Part shown: piece by piece, positions 1 through 8,736 of the stretch
Layout of the letters: every line of letters starts with the position of its first letter
How positions within the stretch are numbered: position 1 is the stretch's first letter
From: Candidatus Eiseniibacteriota bacterium
GTDB lineage: Bacteria; Eisenbacteria; RBG-16-71-46; DASYSL01
Length of the DNA: 43,764 bases
Reading direction: 5' to 3'
Assembly: GCA_031431875.1 (NCBI GenBank)
Contig: JANPEF010000007.1
Span: 1 to 43,764, forward strand
Notes under the pieces: generated by a model
Seen by the model: only the letters and a program-made list of their open reading frames with translations
Told to the model about the DNA's origin: nothing
The model's database searches: none
Translations under genes and position numbers: made by a program

Positions 1-3
1 GGA

Positions 4-336
4 ATGTCCTGGAACATGCTTGAACCACGCATGTCGTTTCCCATGGGAACAAAGGTCGCGCTTGCCGCCGCCGTTGCCGCGGCAGCAAGCTGTCGCGTCG
101 GGGGGAACAGTCCACCGCTCCTCACCATCGGTGTTGTGGGAATGGCGGTGCCAGCGGGAGCGCTTCTAGCCATGCTCGTGGACATGTTCAAGGATCCAAC
201 GGGCCAGAACCTGTGGCCGCTTGCAGTGGTCGCGCTTGCTGTGACGGCGCTGATTGCAGCATCTCTGGGCGCGTTGTGCGGAAGCTTGCTCCTGCTGCTG
301 TGGCGTATGGTCTCAGGGGGCAGGAACGCCACGTGA
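4..336 (+). CDS. hypothetical membrane protein (may be 5'-truncated by the window edge)
   Basis: Hydrophobic segments around 'DMFKDPTGQNLWPLAVV'; lower GC than the core genes. Confidence 0.5.
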   Translation: MSWNMLEPRMSFPMGTKVALAAAVAAAASCRVGGNSPPLLTIGVVGMAVPAGALLAMLVDMFKDPTGQNLWPLAVVALAVTALIAASLGALCGSLLLLLWRMVSGGRNAT

Positions 337-444
337 CCGGATGCTCCAACAGACGGGCCATGGCCCTGGGGGCTTGGCCCCGCCGCTGATCGCCCGCACT
401 CGTTGGCAACCCGCTCGTCGAGTCCAACCGAAGGGGGGTCCACC

Positions 445-570
445 AGGACCACTTCGCTCGACCAACGACTGGTCGGTGCTGACGGCATCGCGAGACTCGT
501 GGACGATGTCATTGCCGCCCACCTGAACAGTCCCCTCGTCAGGACGCGGTTCGGGAACATCAATGACGAG
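445..570 (+). pseudogene. remnant of a group I truncated hemoglobin (trHbN-like)
   Basis: Reads (R)TTSLDQRLVGADGIARLVDDVIAAHLNSPLVRTRF, a degenerate form of the trHb N-terminus SLYxRLGGxxGIxxxVD. G-rich RBS at 430-438 is followed by AGG instead of ATG. Similarity ends before the heme-ligating helices. Confidence 0.6.
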
Positions 571-634
571 GGAACGGTCGACCTCCTGCCGGGCGACCTG
601 TGTGTCCTGTTCACCGGTGGCACAGGAGAGCCCG

Positions 635-1414
635 ATGCAGCATGCAGAGGAACGGACGATGATGGACCGCGCCTCGGTCCCCGGCCGACGCCTCGGTCTT
701 CTTCTATGGATGGCCGGCATGCTCGGGGTGATCGTCATCACGGTCACGGTGCTGCCGCAAATGTTGAAGCCGGTGTCCCTTCCCGCGCCCCTGCCGGTGC
801 TCCTTCTCGCAAGTCTCGCGCAGAGCGCCTTTCTACTCGCACTCGCCGTCTGGGCCGGGGTTGCGCTCGCGCCTGCAGTCGGCCTCCGCGCGCCCGCGTT
901 CGAGGCTGCCGTGACCGGTCGCCCGATTGCGCCCGCGCTCCGGCCGCAGCTTCTGCCCGGTCTCATGGCGGGCGTGCTCGGCGGGATGCTGCTGTTCGCC
1001 GTCGGCAGTTCTGCACCCGCCGCCCTGGTGGAGGTGCAGGAGCGCTTCGCCCTCCCACTCGTCGCTCGCGTGCTCTACGGCGGCATCACCGAGGAACTGC
1101 TCCTGCGCTGGGGGGTCATGACCGCGCTCGTGTGGCTGGCGTGGTGGTTTCTGCAACATCGGCGGGGCGCCGTGCAGGCGGCTTTCGTCTGGCTCGCGAT
1201 TGCGATCAGCGCGCTCCTGTTCGGCGCCGGCCACCTGCCTGCGGCGGTGGCGCTGCTCGGTCCCCTGGATGCAGAGCTCGTGACGTTCGTGATCGGCGCG
1301 AACACGGTGTTCGGCGTGCTCTTCGGGTACCTGTACTGGCGATACGGCCTGGAGTCCGCCATGATCGCCCATGCTCTGGCCCATGTGGTGAGTGTCCTGG
1401 CAAGCCTGGCGTGA
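635..1414 (+). CDS. CPBP (CAAX protease/Abi) family intramembrane metalloprotease
   Basis: GGITEELLLRWG, LFGAGHLP and AMIAHALAH motifs; multiple TM helices; AGGAG RBS at 624-628. Confidence 0.9.
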   Translation: MQHAEERTMMDRASVPGRRLGLLLWMAGMLGVIVITVTVLPQMLKPVSLPAPLPVLLLASLAQSAFLLALAVWAGVALAPAVGLRAPAFEAAVTGRPIAPALRPQLLPGLMAGVLGGMLLFAVGSSAPAALVEVQERFALPLVARVLYGGITEELLLRWGVMTALVWLAWWFLQHRRGAVQAAFVWLAIAISALLFGAGHLPAAVALLGPLDAELVTFVIGANTVFGVLFGYLYWRYGLESAMIAHALAHVVSVLASLA

Positions 1415-1452
1415 AGGGGGAAACGATCACGTCACCCCGAACCCCCGGAGCC

Positions 1453-2368
1453 ATGCCGATGCGCACCCTGGCCATTCTCCTCCTTGCAGGTGCCTTCGCC
1501 AGCACGTCGTCGGCACAACCGGGAATGGACGCACCAATTCCCGGGTTCGGCGTCGCCGCTGTCGACGAGGAAGTGCCGGTCACCCCGGATACGCCATTCT
1601 GGATCGCCTCGGTGACGAAGACATTCGTCGGCCTCACTCTCCTGATCCTCGAGGGGCGCGGAGTCGTCGACCTCGATGCCCGGCTCGACGCCGTTCCTGA
1701 CTTCCCTGATTTCTGCAAATGGCTGACCTCGTCACCCCTCGTCCTCGGGCGCGAACTCGACTGCGGGGGTCCGATCACCGTTCGTACCGTGCTCACGCAC
1801 ACGTCGAACCGCGACCCCGGCTACTTCTTCTCCTACAACCCGATCCTGTTCTCGCGGCTCTCGCGCGACCTCGAGTGGACCGTCAACGACTCCACCGGGA
1901 TCGAGGGCGGGATGAACGAGCTCGCCCGGCAGATCGAAGCGCGGATTCTCGCGCCCGCGGGGATGACGCGGTCGGTGGCGAGCCAATGGGACCGGACGAA
2001 GATGGGTGTCGTGTACGACATGGCCCGGGGTTGCGGGGTCGAGGAGGACCCGTGGGTTCTGCGTCCGCAGCCGAAGTGAGCCACGGCGGGTGGCGCCGCC
2101 GCCGGATCGACGCGGCCATCCGCTTCCCTACGCCTACGGCTGGTCGGTTCAGGAGTACCGCGGTGAGCACCATCTCTGGCACTCGGGATGGGACGAGGCT
2201 GCGGGGACGTCGTCGCTCCTGCTCCTGGTGCCTGCGCGGCATCTCGGTTTCGTGGTCCTCACGAACGGAGAGGGTTTGCACTGGGAGAATGCGCTGACGG
2301 AAGCAGCGGTCGAGCGCTCGCCCTTCGCGCGGGCGTTCCTCGATCGATTCGTGTTCACGAGTCCATAG
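1453..2368 (+). pseudogene. serine hydrolase (class C beta-lactamase-like), disrupted
   Basis: Signal peptide and FWIASVTKTF (SxxK). TGA at 2077-2079, then a frame change to YAYGW...LWHSGW...GFVVLTN. Conserved blocks appear deleted. Confidence 0.8.
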
Positions 2369-2386
2369 CAGGGGGGAGCAAGCAGG

Positions 2387-3085
2387 ATGCGCAATCTGGA
2401 CAAAGCAGGGGGTGTCGCGGCACTTGTCGAGGCGTTTGCCTACATCGTCGGGTTTTCGGTCATGGCCACGCTGCTCAACCCTGCCAATGCGGCGGACTGG
2501 AGTCCGGCCCAGAAGCTCTCGTTCGTCCTGGAGCGGAAGGCGATCTTCCAGATGTGGACCCTGCTCATTTACGTCGTCTTCGGCGTGGCCCTGGTGGTCC
2601 TGGCCGTGGCGCTCCACGAGCGGCTGAGAGCCAGGGCCGCCGACCTGATGCAGATCGCGACCGCATTCGGGCTCATCTGGGCGGGACTGGTGATTGCAAG
2701 CGGCATGGTCGCGAGCATTGGACTGAACGCCGTGGCGGCACTCCACGCGACGGATGTTGCGCAAGCGGGCGCCCTGTGGAAGGCCGTGAGCACGATTCAG
2801 GACGGCCTGGGTGGCGGAGTCGAGATCGTCGGGGGTCTGTGGGTGCTCCTGATCAGCATCGCTTCGCTTCGATCCATGGCGCTGCCACGGGTGCTGGGTT
2901 TTCTTGGCCTCATCGTCGGCGTCTCCGACGTTCTCACGATCGTCCCTTCACTCGGTGAACTGGGTGCGATCTTCGGGCTCGGTCAAATTCCGTGGTTCGT
3001 ATGGATCGGCGTCATCCTGCTTCGTCCCGTCGACGACCCGGCGGACAGGACGTGGGCGCTGCCGAACATCGCCGCGGTGAAGTAA
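2387..3085 (+). CDS. DUF4386-like membrane protein
   Basis: About 6 TM helices; ATAFGLIWAGLVIASGM and GLGGGVEIVGGLWVLL; GGGGGAG RBS. Confidence 0.75.
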   Translation: MRNLDKAGGVAALVEAFAYIVGFSVMATLLNPANAADWSPAQKLSFVLERKAIFQMWTLLIYVVFGVALVVLAVALHERLRARAADLMQIATAFGLIWAGLVIASGMVASIGLNAVAALHATDVAQAGALWKAVSTIQDGLGGGVEIVGGLWVLLISIASLRSMALPRVLGFLGLIVGVSDVLTIVPSLGELGAIFGLGQIPWFVWIGVILLRPVDDPADRTWALPNIAAVK

Positions 3086-3215
3086 GCGATTCGAGCGACC
3101 GCCGGGGGACGGAAGTCTGGATGCGTTCGCTTGATTCGGCGATGGAGCTCCTGCGGCCGGCGGCGTCCCTTCGCCGCTGTCGAGTCCACGGCGTTGCCGA
3201 GTCAGGCGAAGGCAT

Positions 3216-3578
3216 CTAGTCGCGCTCCATCCGCTTGAGGAACGCGCGCATTTCCTTGCCGGCCTGCAGGTCGTTCGTGCGCTCGGCCACCGCGGTGCCG
3301 CGTCGATAGACGTCGGCCGCCTCGATGCTGCGACCGACCGCCTCGAGCGCGTTCCCCAGCTGGCGGTAGGCGGCGGCGTAGTCGGCGTCGGCGGCGATCG
3401 CGGCGGCAAACGACGCAGCCGCTTCGTCGGCGTGGCCCGCGGACGCGAGCTCGCGGCCCAGCAGGAACAGCGTCGTCGCGTCGTCGGGCGACTCGGCGGC
3501 GAGCGCGCGGAGCAGCGCGATGCGGGCGTCTGGTTCGGAGCGGTCGGTGGGAGCGACGTCATCGGGTGGATCGGTCAT
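3216..3578 (-). CDS. small tetratricopeptide repeat protein
   Basis: PDDATTLFLLGREL...DYAAAYRQLGNALEAVG...DLQAGKEMRAFL TPR pattern; GGGAG RBS 6 nt upstream of the ATG. Confidence 0.85.
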   Translation of the reverse strand: MTDPPDDVAPTDRSEPDARIALLRALAAESPDDATTLFLLGRELASAGHADEAAASFAAAIAADADYAAAYRQLGNALEAVGRSIEAADVYRRGTAVAERTNDLQAGKEMRAFLKRMERD

Positions 3579-3584
3579 GGCAGG

Positions 3585-3618
3585 CTCCCGGAGTCCTCGA
3601 TCGGGTGGACTCCGGGAG
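3585..3618 (-). promoter_or_regulatory. 12-bp perfect hairpin sequestering the RBS of the TPR gene
   Basis: CTCCCGGAGTCC (3585-3596) and GGACTCCGGGAG (3607-3618) form an inverted repeat; the SD GGGAG lies in the 3' arm on the minus strand. Confidence 0.55.
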
Positions 3619-3629
3619 TGTCGTGCAGG

Positions 3630-3823
3630 GTCGCCCCGTAGGGCAACGGCGTTGCGGGAGTCGAGGGCGCATCCCGGGGGGTCCCCACCCTGCAGTCCGA
3701 TGTGCCCGAAGGTGATCCGACCTGAGAGCGGTTGAGAAAGGCGTAGAGGCCGCTCTTCGTTCGAGTCACCAAACACCGGGAGGGTGTTGGACGGGACCCC
3801 CATCGGGATCCGCCCTCGACGAG
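3630..3823 (-). ncRNA. candidate structured ncRNA or leader: 161-nt rod (3660-3820) plus a cUACGg hairpin
   Basis: Seven stacked helices closing with GUCGAGGGCG/CGCCCUCGAC; 18-nt CU-rich apical loop; begins at the predicted sigma54 +1; no credible ORF. Confidence 0.65.
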
Positions 3824-3833
3824 GATTCCACTT

Positions 3834-3974
3834 TGCAAGCGCCGGGCCAGCTTGCCCGGAGGGCAGGGGTGGAAACAGAAGCACTTGAGCCGCAAGGGCT
3901 TGCGCTCGCACCATCCGGCGCCATCGGCGACGGAGTGCGCGTCTGTTTCCTGGGAACACTTCCGGATCGGGACA
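3834..3974 (-). promoter_or_regulatory. sigma54 promoter with IHF-like site and upstream activator-like sites
   Basis: TGGCCCG-GCGC-TTGCA (3849-3834); paired CAA-N4-TT motifs at 3879-3902; TGT-N9-ACA at 3944-3958; GATCGGGACA at 3965-3974. Confidence 0.7.
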
Positions 3975-4012
3975 GCGGCGATACACCGACCGCGCGGCCG
4001 GGGTCAAAAAAG

Positions 4013-5284
4013 TCAGGACGATGTGCGCCGAACGCCCCCGCGCCACACCAGGATGACCCCGGCGAGCGCGACCAGCGCCGCGACGACGAGCGCGTCGCGC
4101 ATCCCGGCACCGGCCGCCGGGGCTGCGCCCAGTCCGGCGGCGACGTACGCCGCCTCGCGCCGCTCGAAGATCGTCGCCGCGAGCCCGACCCCGCACAGCA
4201 TGCCGCAGTTGCGCAGCGTGGCGATCGCACCGCCGGCGATTCCGAGCTTCGCGCTCGGCGCCGCGCCCATCGCGGCACTCGCGTTGGGCGACTGGAACAG
4301 GCCCTGCCCCAGCCCGACGACGAACAATCCGGCGACCAGCGCGGCCACGCCCGTCGGCGCTCCCGGCCCGCCCACCATCCAGGCCAGGAGGAGCAGGCCG
4401 AGCGTCACCAGCGACAGTCCGATCACCGACAGGCGGCGCGTGCCCACGCGATCCGACAGGGCGCCCGCGAGCGGTGAGATTGCCAGCAGCAGCAGCGGCA
4501 CGACCACGAGCACGCGCCCCACGGCCGAGGGTCCGAGGTCGAGTACGCGCTCGAGGTAGAACGGCGTCAGGAACACCGCGGCGAACAGCGCGACGAACGA
4601 GAGGAACAGCGCGAGCGCCGCCGTGCCAAAGACCGGGTCGCCGAACAGCGCGCGATCGAACAGCGGCGCCCGCGCGACCTCGCGCCGGTCGGCCCCGCGC
4701 GCATCGCGCGGCACCAGTCGCAGGCCGAGGAAGATCGCCAGCGCGCCGATCGGCAGGTTGACGAAGAAGATCCAGCGCCAGCCCCACGCCTCGAGCAGGA
4801 ACCCGCCGACCGGCGGCCCGACCGTGAGCCCGAGGCCGACGACTGCACCGATCATCCCCAGCGCCCGGCCGCGCATCGCCGGCGGAAACGTGGCGGTGAC
4901 GATCGCGGTCGTGTTCGCCGAGACCATGCTGGCGCCCAGCGCCTGCAACACGCGCGCGGCGATCAGCGTGCCGGCCGAGGGGGCGAAGCCGCACGCCGCC
5001 GAGCCGACGATGAACAGCCCGAGGCCGCCGAGAAACAGGCGCCGGCGCCCGACCCGGTCGCCGAGCCGGCCGAACGGCAGCAGCAGCACCGTCAGCGTGA
5101 GCAGGTAGGCGAGCGACACCCAGCCGATCGTCGTCACCGAGACGCCGAACGTGTGCTGCAAGGTGGGGAGCGCCACGTTGACGATGCTCGAGTCGAGCGT
5201 CGACATGAACGTGCCCAGGGCGACCGCGGCGAAGACCGGCCAGGGAGCGACCGGGGCGGCGGGGGCGGCGGGGAGAGAGGTCAT
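4013..5284 (-). CDS. MFS drug:H+ antiporter (DHA2/EmrB-QacA-like)
   Basis: LDSSIVNVALP (motif D1), GRLGDRVGRRR (motif A), WRWIFFVNLPIG (motif H). Confidence 0.9.
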   Translation of the reverse strand: MTSLPAAPAAPVAPWPVFAAVALGTFMSTLDSSIVNVALPTLQHTFGVSVTTIGWVSLAYLLTLTVLLLPFGRLGDRVGRRRLFLGGLGLFIVGSAACGFAPSAGTLIAARVLQALGASMVSANTTAIVTATFPPAMRGRALGMIGAVVGLGLTVGPPVGGFLLEAWGWRWIFFVNLPIGALAIFLGLRLVPRDARGADRREVARAPLFDRALFGDPVFGTAALALFLSFVALFAAVFLTPFYLERVLDLGPSAVGRVLVVVPLLLLAISPLAGALSDRVGTRRLSVIGLSLVTLGLLLLAWMVGGPGAPTGVAALVAGLFVVGLGQGLFQSPNASAAMGAAPSAKLGIAGGAIATLRNCGMLCGVGLAATIFERREAAYVAAGLGAAPAAGAGMRDALVVAALVALAGVILVWRGGVRRTSS

Positions 5285-5426
5285 CGTGTCCCCCAAAATG
5301 GCTTCGCGGAGCCCCCGGTGCAAGCCCTTGCGGATCAGGTATCATTGGAGGCGTTCCGATCCCGGGTCTTGCGACCGTCGCGTGCCCGACCACCGCGCGC
5401 TCCGCGCGCCCAGCCTGAGGCGACCG

Positions 5427-6788
5427 ATGTCTCCCATCCCCCGACCCCTGCGGGCCGTCGCCGCGCCTGCGCTGGCGCTGGCCGCGGCCGTCCTGCTGTT
5501 CGCCGGCGGCTGCTCGAGCGACGACGACCCGCCGACCGGACCGCCGCCGATCTACTCCTCGATCACCATCAGCGGCCCCGACACCGTCCTGATCGACGAT
5601 TCCGCCGTGTTCACCGCCGTCGTGCTCGATACGGCCGGCCAGGTCGTGATCTCGCCTCAGCTCACCTGGAGCACGAACCTGCCCGCGCTGGCCACCGTCA
5701 ACAACGCGGGCGTCGCGCGCGGCGTCAGCGAGGGCGACGTCGAGATCCGCGCCACGGGCGGCGGCACGCTGTCGAACGCCGGCAATCTCGCCGTGATCCA
5801 GGGCTACGGCTGGGTGGACCAGTCCGATGCATTGGCCTCGCTCGTCGACCTGCGCGGCGTCCACTTCGTGAGCAACCGCCAGGGCTGGATCGTCGGCGCG
5901 CTGGGCTCGATCTTCGTCACGACCGATGCCGGCAAGACGTGGACGACCCAGGCCTCGCTGTCGACCGGCTACACGTTGAACGCCGTGGCGTTTGCCAATG
6001 CCACCATCGGCACGATCGTCGGCTCGGCCGGGCGGATCCTGCGCACCACGAACGGCGGCGTGAGCTGGTCGGCGCTGCTCGGGGTGGATACCGATGGTGG
6101 CAAGAGCCTCAACGACGTCTACTTCCAGGATGCGGATCGTGGCTGGATCGTCGGCAACGGTGGCCTGATCCTGCGCACGAGCAACGGCGGCGCGTCGTGG
6201 ACGCGCGTCCTGCCGGGCGTGACGTCGGCGAACCTCGAGGGCGTCTCGTTCCCGGACGCGACCGGCGCCGTCGCGCCGCCCCCGGACGATCCCTACGGCC
6301 GCGGCTGGATCGTCGGCGACGGGGGGACGATCCTCTCCTCCGACGACTTCGGGCAGTCGTGGCGTATCGTCACGCCGTTCGCGACCAGTGACAACCTGCT
6401 CGGGGTGGTGCGCCTCGGGACGGCTCAGTCGATCGCCGTAGGCGCCAATAATCGCGTTCTGTTCAGCTACGCGAGCGGCGACAGCGCCCTGTGGAGCCTG
6501 GCGAGCGCCCCGACACCGTTCACCAACTTCACCGCGGTTGCCTGGTCGGGGTCGAACATCGCATGGTTTCCAGGCTACGCGTGGGCCGCGGGCAGGCGCT
6601 CCGACGGCTCGCTGCCGGTCGTGCTCTTCAGCACCGACGCCGGCGTGTCCTGGACCGAGCAGCTCCTGCCCAACGATGCGCCGCTCATCGGCAACGGCAT
6701 CGAGGACGTGTTCTTCCGCGACGACCTGCGCGGCTGGGCCGTCGGGTCGTCGGGGCTCGTGCTCCACACCGCAACGGGAGGGTACTGA
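5427..6788 (+). CDS. lipoprotein with Ig-like (Big_2) domain and YCF48/BNR beta-propeller
   Basis: Lipobox FAGG-C; repeated GWIVG..G.I..T.DGG.SW Asp-box motifs. Confidence 0.88.
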   Translation: MSPIPRPLRAVAAPALALAAAVLLFAGGCSSDDDPPTGPPPIYSSITISGPDTVLIDDSAVFTAVVLDTAGQVVISPQLTWSTNLPALATVNNAGVARGVSEGDVEIRATGGGTLSNAGNLAVIQGYGWVDQSDALASLVDLRGVHFVSNRQGWIVGALGSIFVTTDAGKTWTTQASLSTGYTLNAVAFANATIGTIVGSAGRILRTTNGGVSWSALLGVDTDGGKSLNDVYFQDADRGWIVGNGGLILRTSNGGASWTRVLPGVTSANLEGVSFPDATGAVAPPPDDPYGRGWIVGDGGTILSSDDFGQSWRIVTPFATSDNLLGVVRLGTAQSIAVGANNRVLFSYASGDSALWSLASAPTPFTNFTAVAWSGSNIAWFPGYAWAAGRRSDGSLPVVLFSTDAGVSWTEQLLPNDAPLIGNGIEDVFFRDDLRGWAVGSSGLVLHTATGGY

Positions 6789-7366
6789 TGATCCTCGGCA
6801 AGAAGGTCCGCTTGCGCGCGTTCCGCGAGGACGACCTGAAGAGCGCCATCACGTGGATCAACAACCCGGTCGTCACGCGTTACCTGACGGACATGCGCCC
6901 GAGGTCGATCGTCGAGGAACGCGCCTGGCTCGACCGCGCGATGCGCAACGACGATCCGACCGCGGTCATGTTGGTGATCGAGACCAGCGACGGCGAGTAC
7001 GCCGGCAGTGTCGGGCTCATGCACATCGACGGGCGCAACCGCCACGCCGAGGCGGGCATCGTGATCGCGCGGCCCGAGGACTGGGGCCGCGGGCTCGGCA
7101 CCGAGGCGATGCAGCTCATCCTGCGGCATGCCTTCGAGGAGCTGAATCTGCACCGCATCCTGCTGCGCGTGTTCACCTTCAACGAGCGGGCGATCAAGTC
7201 GTACGTGAAGCTCGGATTCGTCGAGGAGGGCCGCCTGCGGGAGAACATGTTCCGTCACGGCGCCTGGCACGACACCGTGCTGATGGGCATCCTGGCCGAC
7301 GAGTACTTCGCCCGGCACGGGCGCACCGATGACGGCGACGTGGTCGACACCGCCCCGTCGCGCTAG
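6788..7366 (+). CDS. GNAT N-acetyltransferase, RimJ/RimL/SpeG-like
   Basis: WGRGLGTEAM, LNLHRILLRVFTFNERAIKSYVKLGFVEEG; TGATG coupling to the upstream gene. Confidence 0.9.
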   Translation: MILGKKVRLRAFREDDLKSAITWINNPVVTRYLTDMRPRSIVEERAWLDRAMRNDDPTAVMLVIETSDGEYAGSVGLMHIDGRNRHAEAGIVIARPEDWGRGLGTEAMQLILRHAFEELNLHRILLRVFTFNERAIKSYVKLGFVEEGRLRENMFRHGAWHDTVLMGILADEYFARHGRTDDGDVVDTAPSR

Positions 7367-7379
7367 GAGGGATCGCACC

Positions 7380-8021
7380 GTGCGCCGCATCGTGCTCGAT
7401 GGCTACAACGTGATCCTGCGCAGCCCCGCCTTCGCTCCCGACGAGCGGCGGGACCTCGAGGCCGCGCGCAGCAAGCTCGAGAACCTGCTGTCGTGGGCCG
7501 TGGGCTCGTTCGGTGACGTTCGCTTCGTCATCGTCTACGACGGCGCCGACCTGCCGGGTCAGGCGCGACGCCGCACCGCCGGCGTCCGCGACGCGGCCGG
7601 TGCCGCCCGCGTCGAGGTGCGCTTCTCGACGCCGCCACAGAAGGCGGACGACCTGATCAAGACCCTGGTCGACGAGTGGAGTGACGACGACGACACGATC
7701 ACGGTGGTCACCTCGGACTTGGAGATCGCCTCGCACGTGCGCGCGGCCGGCGCGACCGTCGTGTTCAGCGACCTCTTCGCCGCCAGCCTGTTCCCCGAGC
7801 GGGCCGAAACGCAGCTGCGCGACCAGATGAAGCAGGTGCGCAGCGGGAAGGCGGGGCCCGGCGGCAAGAGGCGGAAGGCGCGCGGCGGACCGCCGGCCTC
7901 ACCGACCGCCGACGGCTCGGACGCCGAGACCAAGCCCGGTCCCGGCCGCGTCTCGGACAAGGAAGCCGACGAGTGGCTGCGCCTGTTCGAGGAGCAGCGG
8001 AAGAACGAGGAGATGCACTAG
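7380..8021 (+). CDS. NYN domain (YacP/Rae1-like) ribonuclease
   Basis: IVLDGYNVI, IVYDG, ADDLI and VVTSD motifs; AGGAGG RBS before GTG. Confidence 0.85.
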   Translation: MRRIVLDGYNVILRSPAFAPDERRDLEAARSKLENLLSWAVGSFGDVRFVIVYDGADLPGQARRRTAGVRDAAGAARVEVRFSTPPQKADDLIKTLVDEWSDDDDTITVVTSDLEIASHVRAAGATVVFSDLFAASLFPERAETQLRDQMKQVRSGKAGPGGKRRKARGGPPASPTADGSDAETKPGPGRVSDKEADEWLRLFEEQRKNEEMH

Positions 8022-8434
8022 GGCGCCTGGCGCCGCGGCCGGCGTCGGACGCTCCGTGAATTCGCCTCGAGCCACCGCGCGAAGGACTCGGCATCGAGCT
8101 TGCGGGTCGACAGGGCGAGGATCGCCGCGACGGCGTCCGCTTCCCCGGCCTCGAGCCGTCGTCCGTTCAGTTCGAGAAAGAGACCCGCCAGCGTCAGCGC
8201 GACGCGCTTGTTTCCATCGACAAACGGATGACTGCGCGTGATCGCGTGGACGTAGGACGCGGCCAGCGCGAACGCGTCGGGGGCGGCGTACGCATGAAGC
8301 TGGCGCGGGGCGGCCAGCGCCGCAGCGAGGCGACCCTCGTCGACGCCGACGCCTTCCCCTCCGTGCTCGGCGATGAGCCGTTCGTGGATCGCGCGGACGA
8401 CGGACGCCGGAATCCAGCGTGGCTCACGCTTCAC
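8018..8434 (-). CDS. doc: death-on-curing (Doc/Fic) family toxin
   Basis: HPFVDGNKR Fic motif; IHERLIAEHGG; start overlaps the antitoxin stop. Confidence 0.9.
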   Translation of the reverse strand: MKREPRWIPASVVRAIHERLIAEHGGEGVGVDEGRLAAALAAPRQLHAYAAPDAFALAASYVHAITRSHPFVDGNKRVALTLAGLFLELNGRRLEAGEADAVAAILALSTRKLDAESFARWLEANSRSVRRRPRRQAP

Positions 8435-8655
8435 TTCGCCAGTTCACGCAGCGCATTGCGGTACCGGGCCATGAATCCCTCGGCCAGGTCGATCGCCTCG
8501 GCGAACTCCGGATCGTACGGGGAAAGCCGAAACCCGCCCGGAGTCTCGGTGAGGTAGATTTCGTCCCCGTCGCTCACGCGCATCGCCTTCACCGTCTCGG
8601 CGGGGAGCGTGACGCCGAGCGAGTTGCCAACCTTGCGGATCCTGAGCTTGACCAT
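8431..8655 (-). CDS. AbrB/MazE/SpoVT family antitoxin
   Basis: KVGNSLGVTLP...YRNALRELAK; AAGGAGG RBS. Confidence 0.9.
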   Translation of the reverse strand: MVKLRIRKVGNSLGVTLPAETVKAMRVSDGDEIYLTETPGGFRLSPYDPEFAEAIDLAEGFMARYRNALRELAK

Positions 8656-8677
8656 GGCGCCTCCTTGTGTAGACACC

Positions 8678-8707
8678 GATGTTATAACATCATGGAGAAG
8701 CCGTCAA
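8678..8707 (-). promoter_or_regulatory. sigma70 promoter with palindromic TA operator
   Basis: TTGACG-17-TAACAT; the perfect 14-bp palindrome GATGTTATAACATC (8678-8691) covers the -10. Confidence 0.75.
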
Positions 8708-8736
8708 GCGGGGGATGCTCGGTGCGCCGAGCGAGT

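Noticed and set aside
3660..3820. Assignment of the rod to 6S, SRP, tmRNA, RNase P or a retron ncRNA
   Set aside because: No large central bubble, no SRP domain IV motif, no tRNA-like ends, no GAGGAAAGUCC, and no reverse transcriptase nearby; left unassigned
3871..3950. Inverted repeat GGAAACAGA...TCTGTTTCC as a second RNA domain
   Set aside because: Lies upstream of the sigma54 start and overlaps the IHF- and activator-like sites, so it is more simply read as DNA sites; not fully excluded
3216..6767. 1183-aa minus-strand ORF and similar long Arg/Pro-rich ORFs (e.g. 24392-26779, 39703-41240)
   Set aside because: Shadow frames of real genes in high-GC DNA; only the last 120 aa (TPR) of the first is credible
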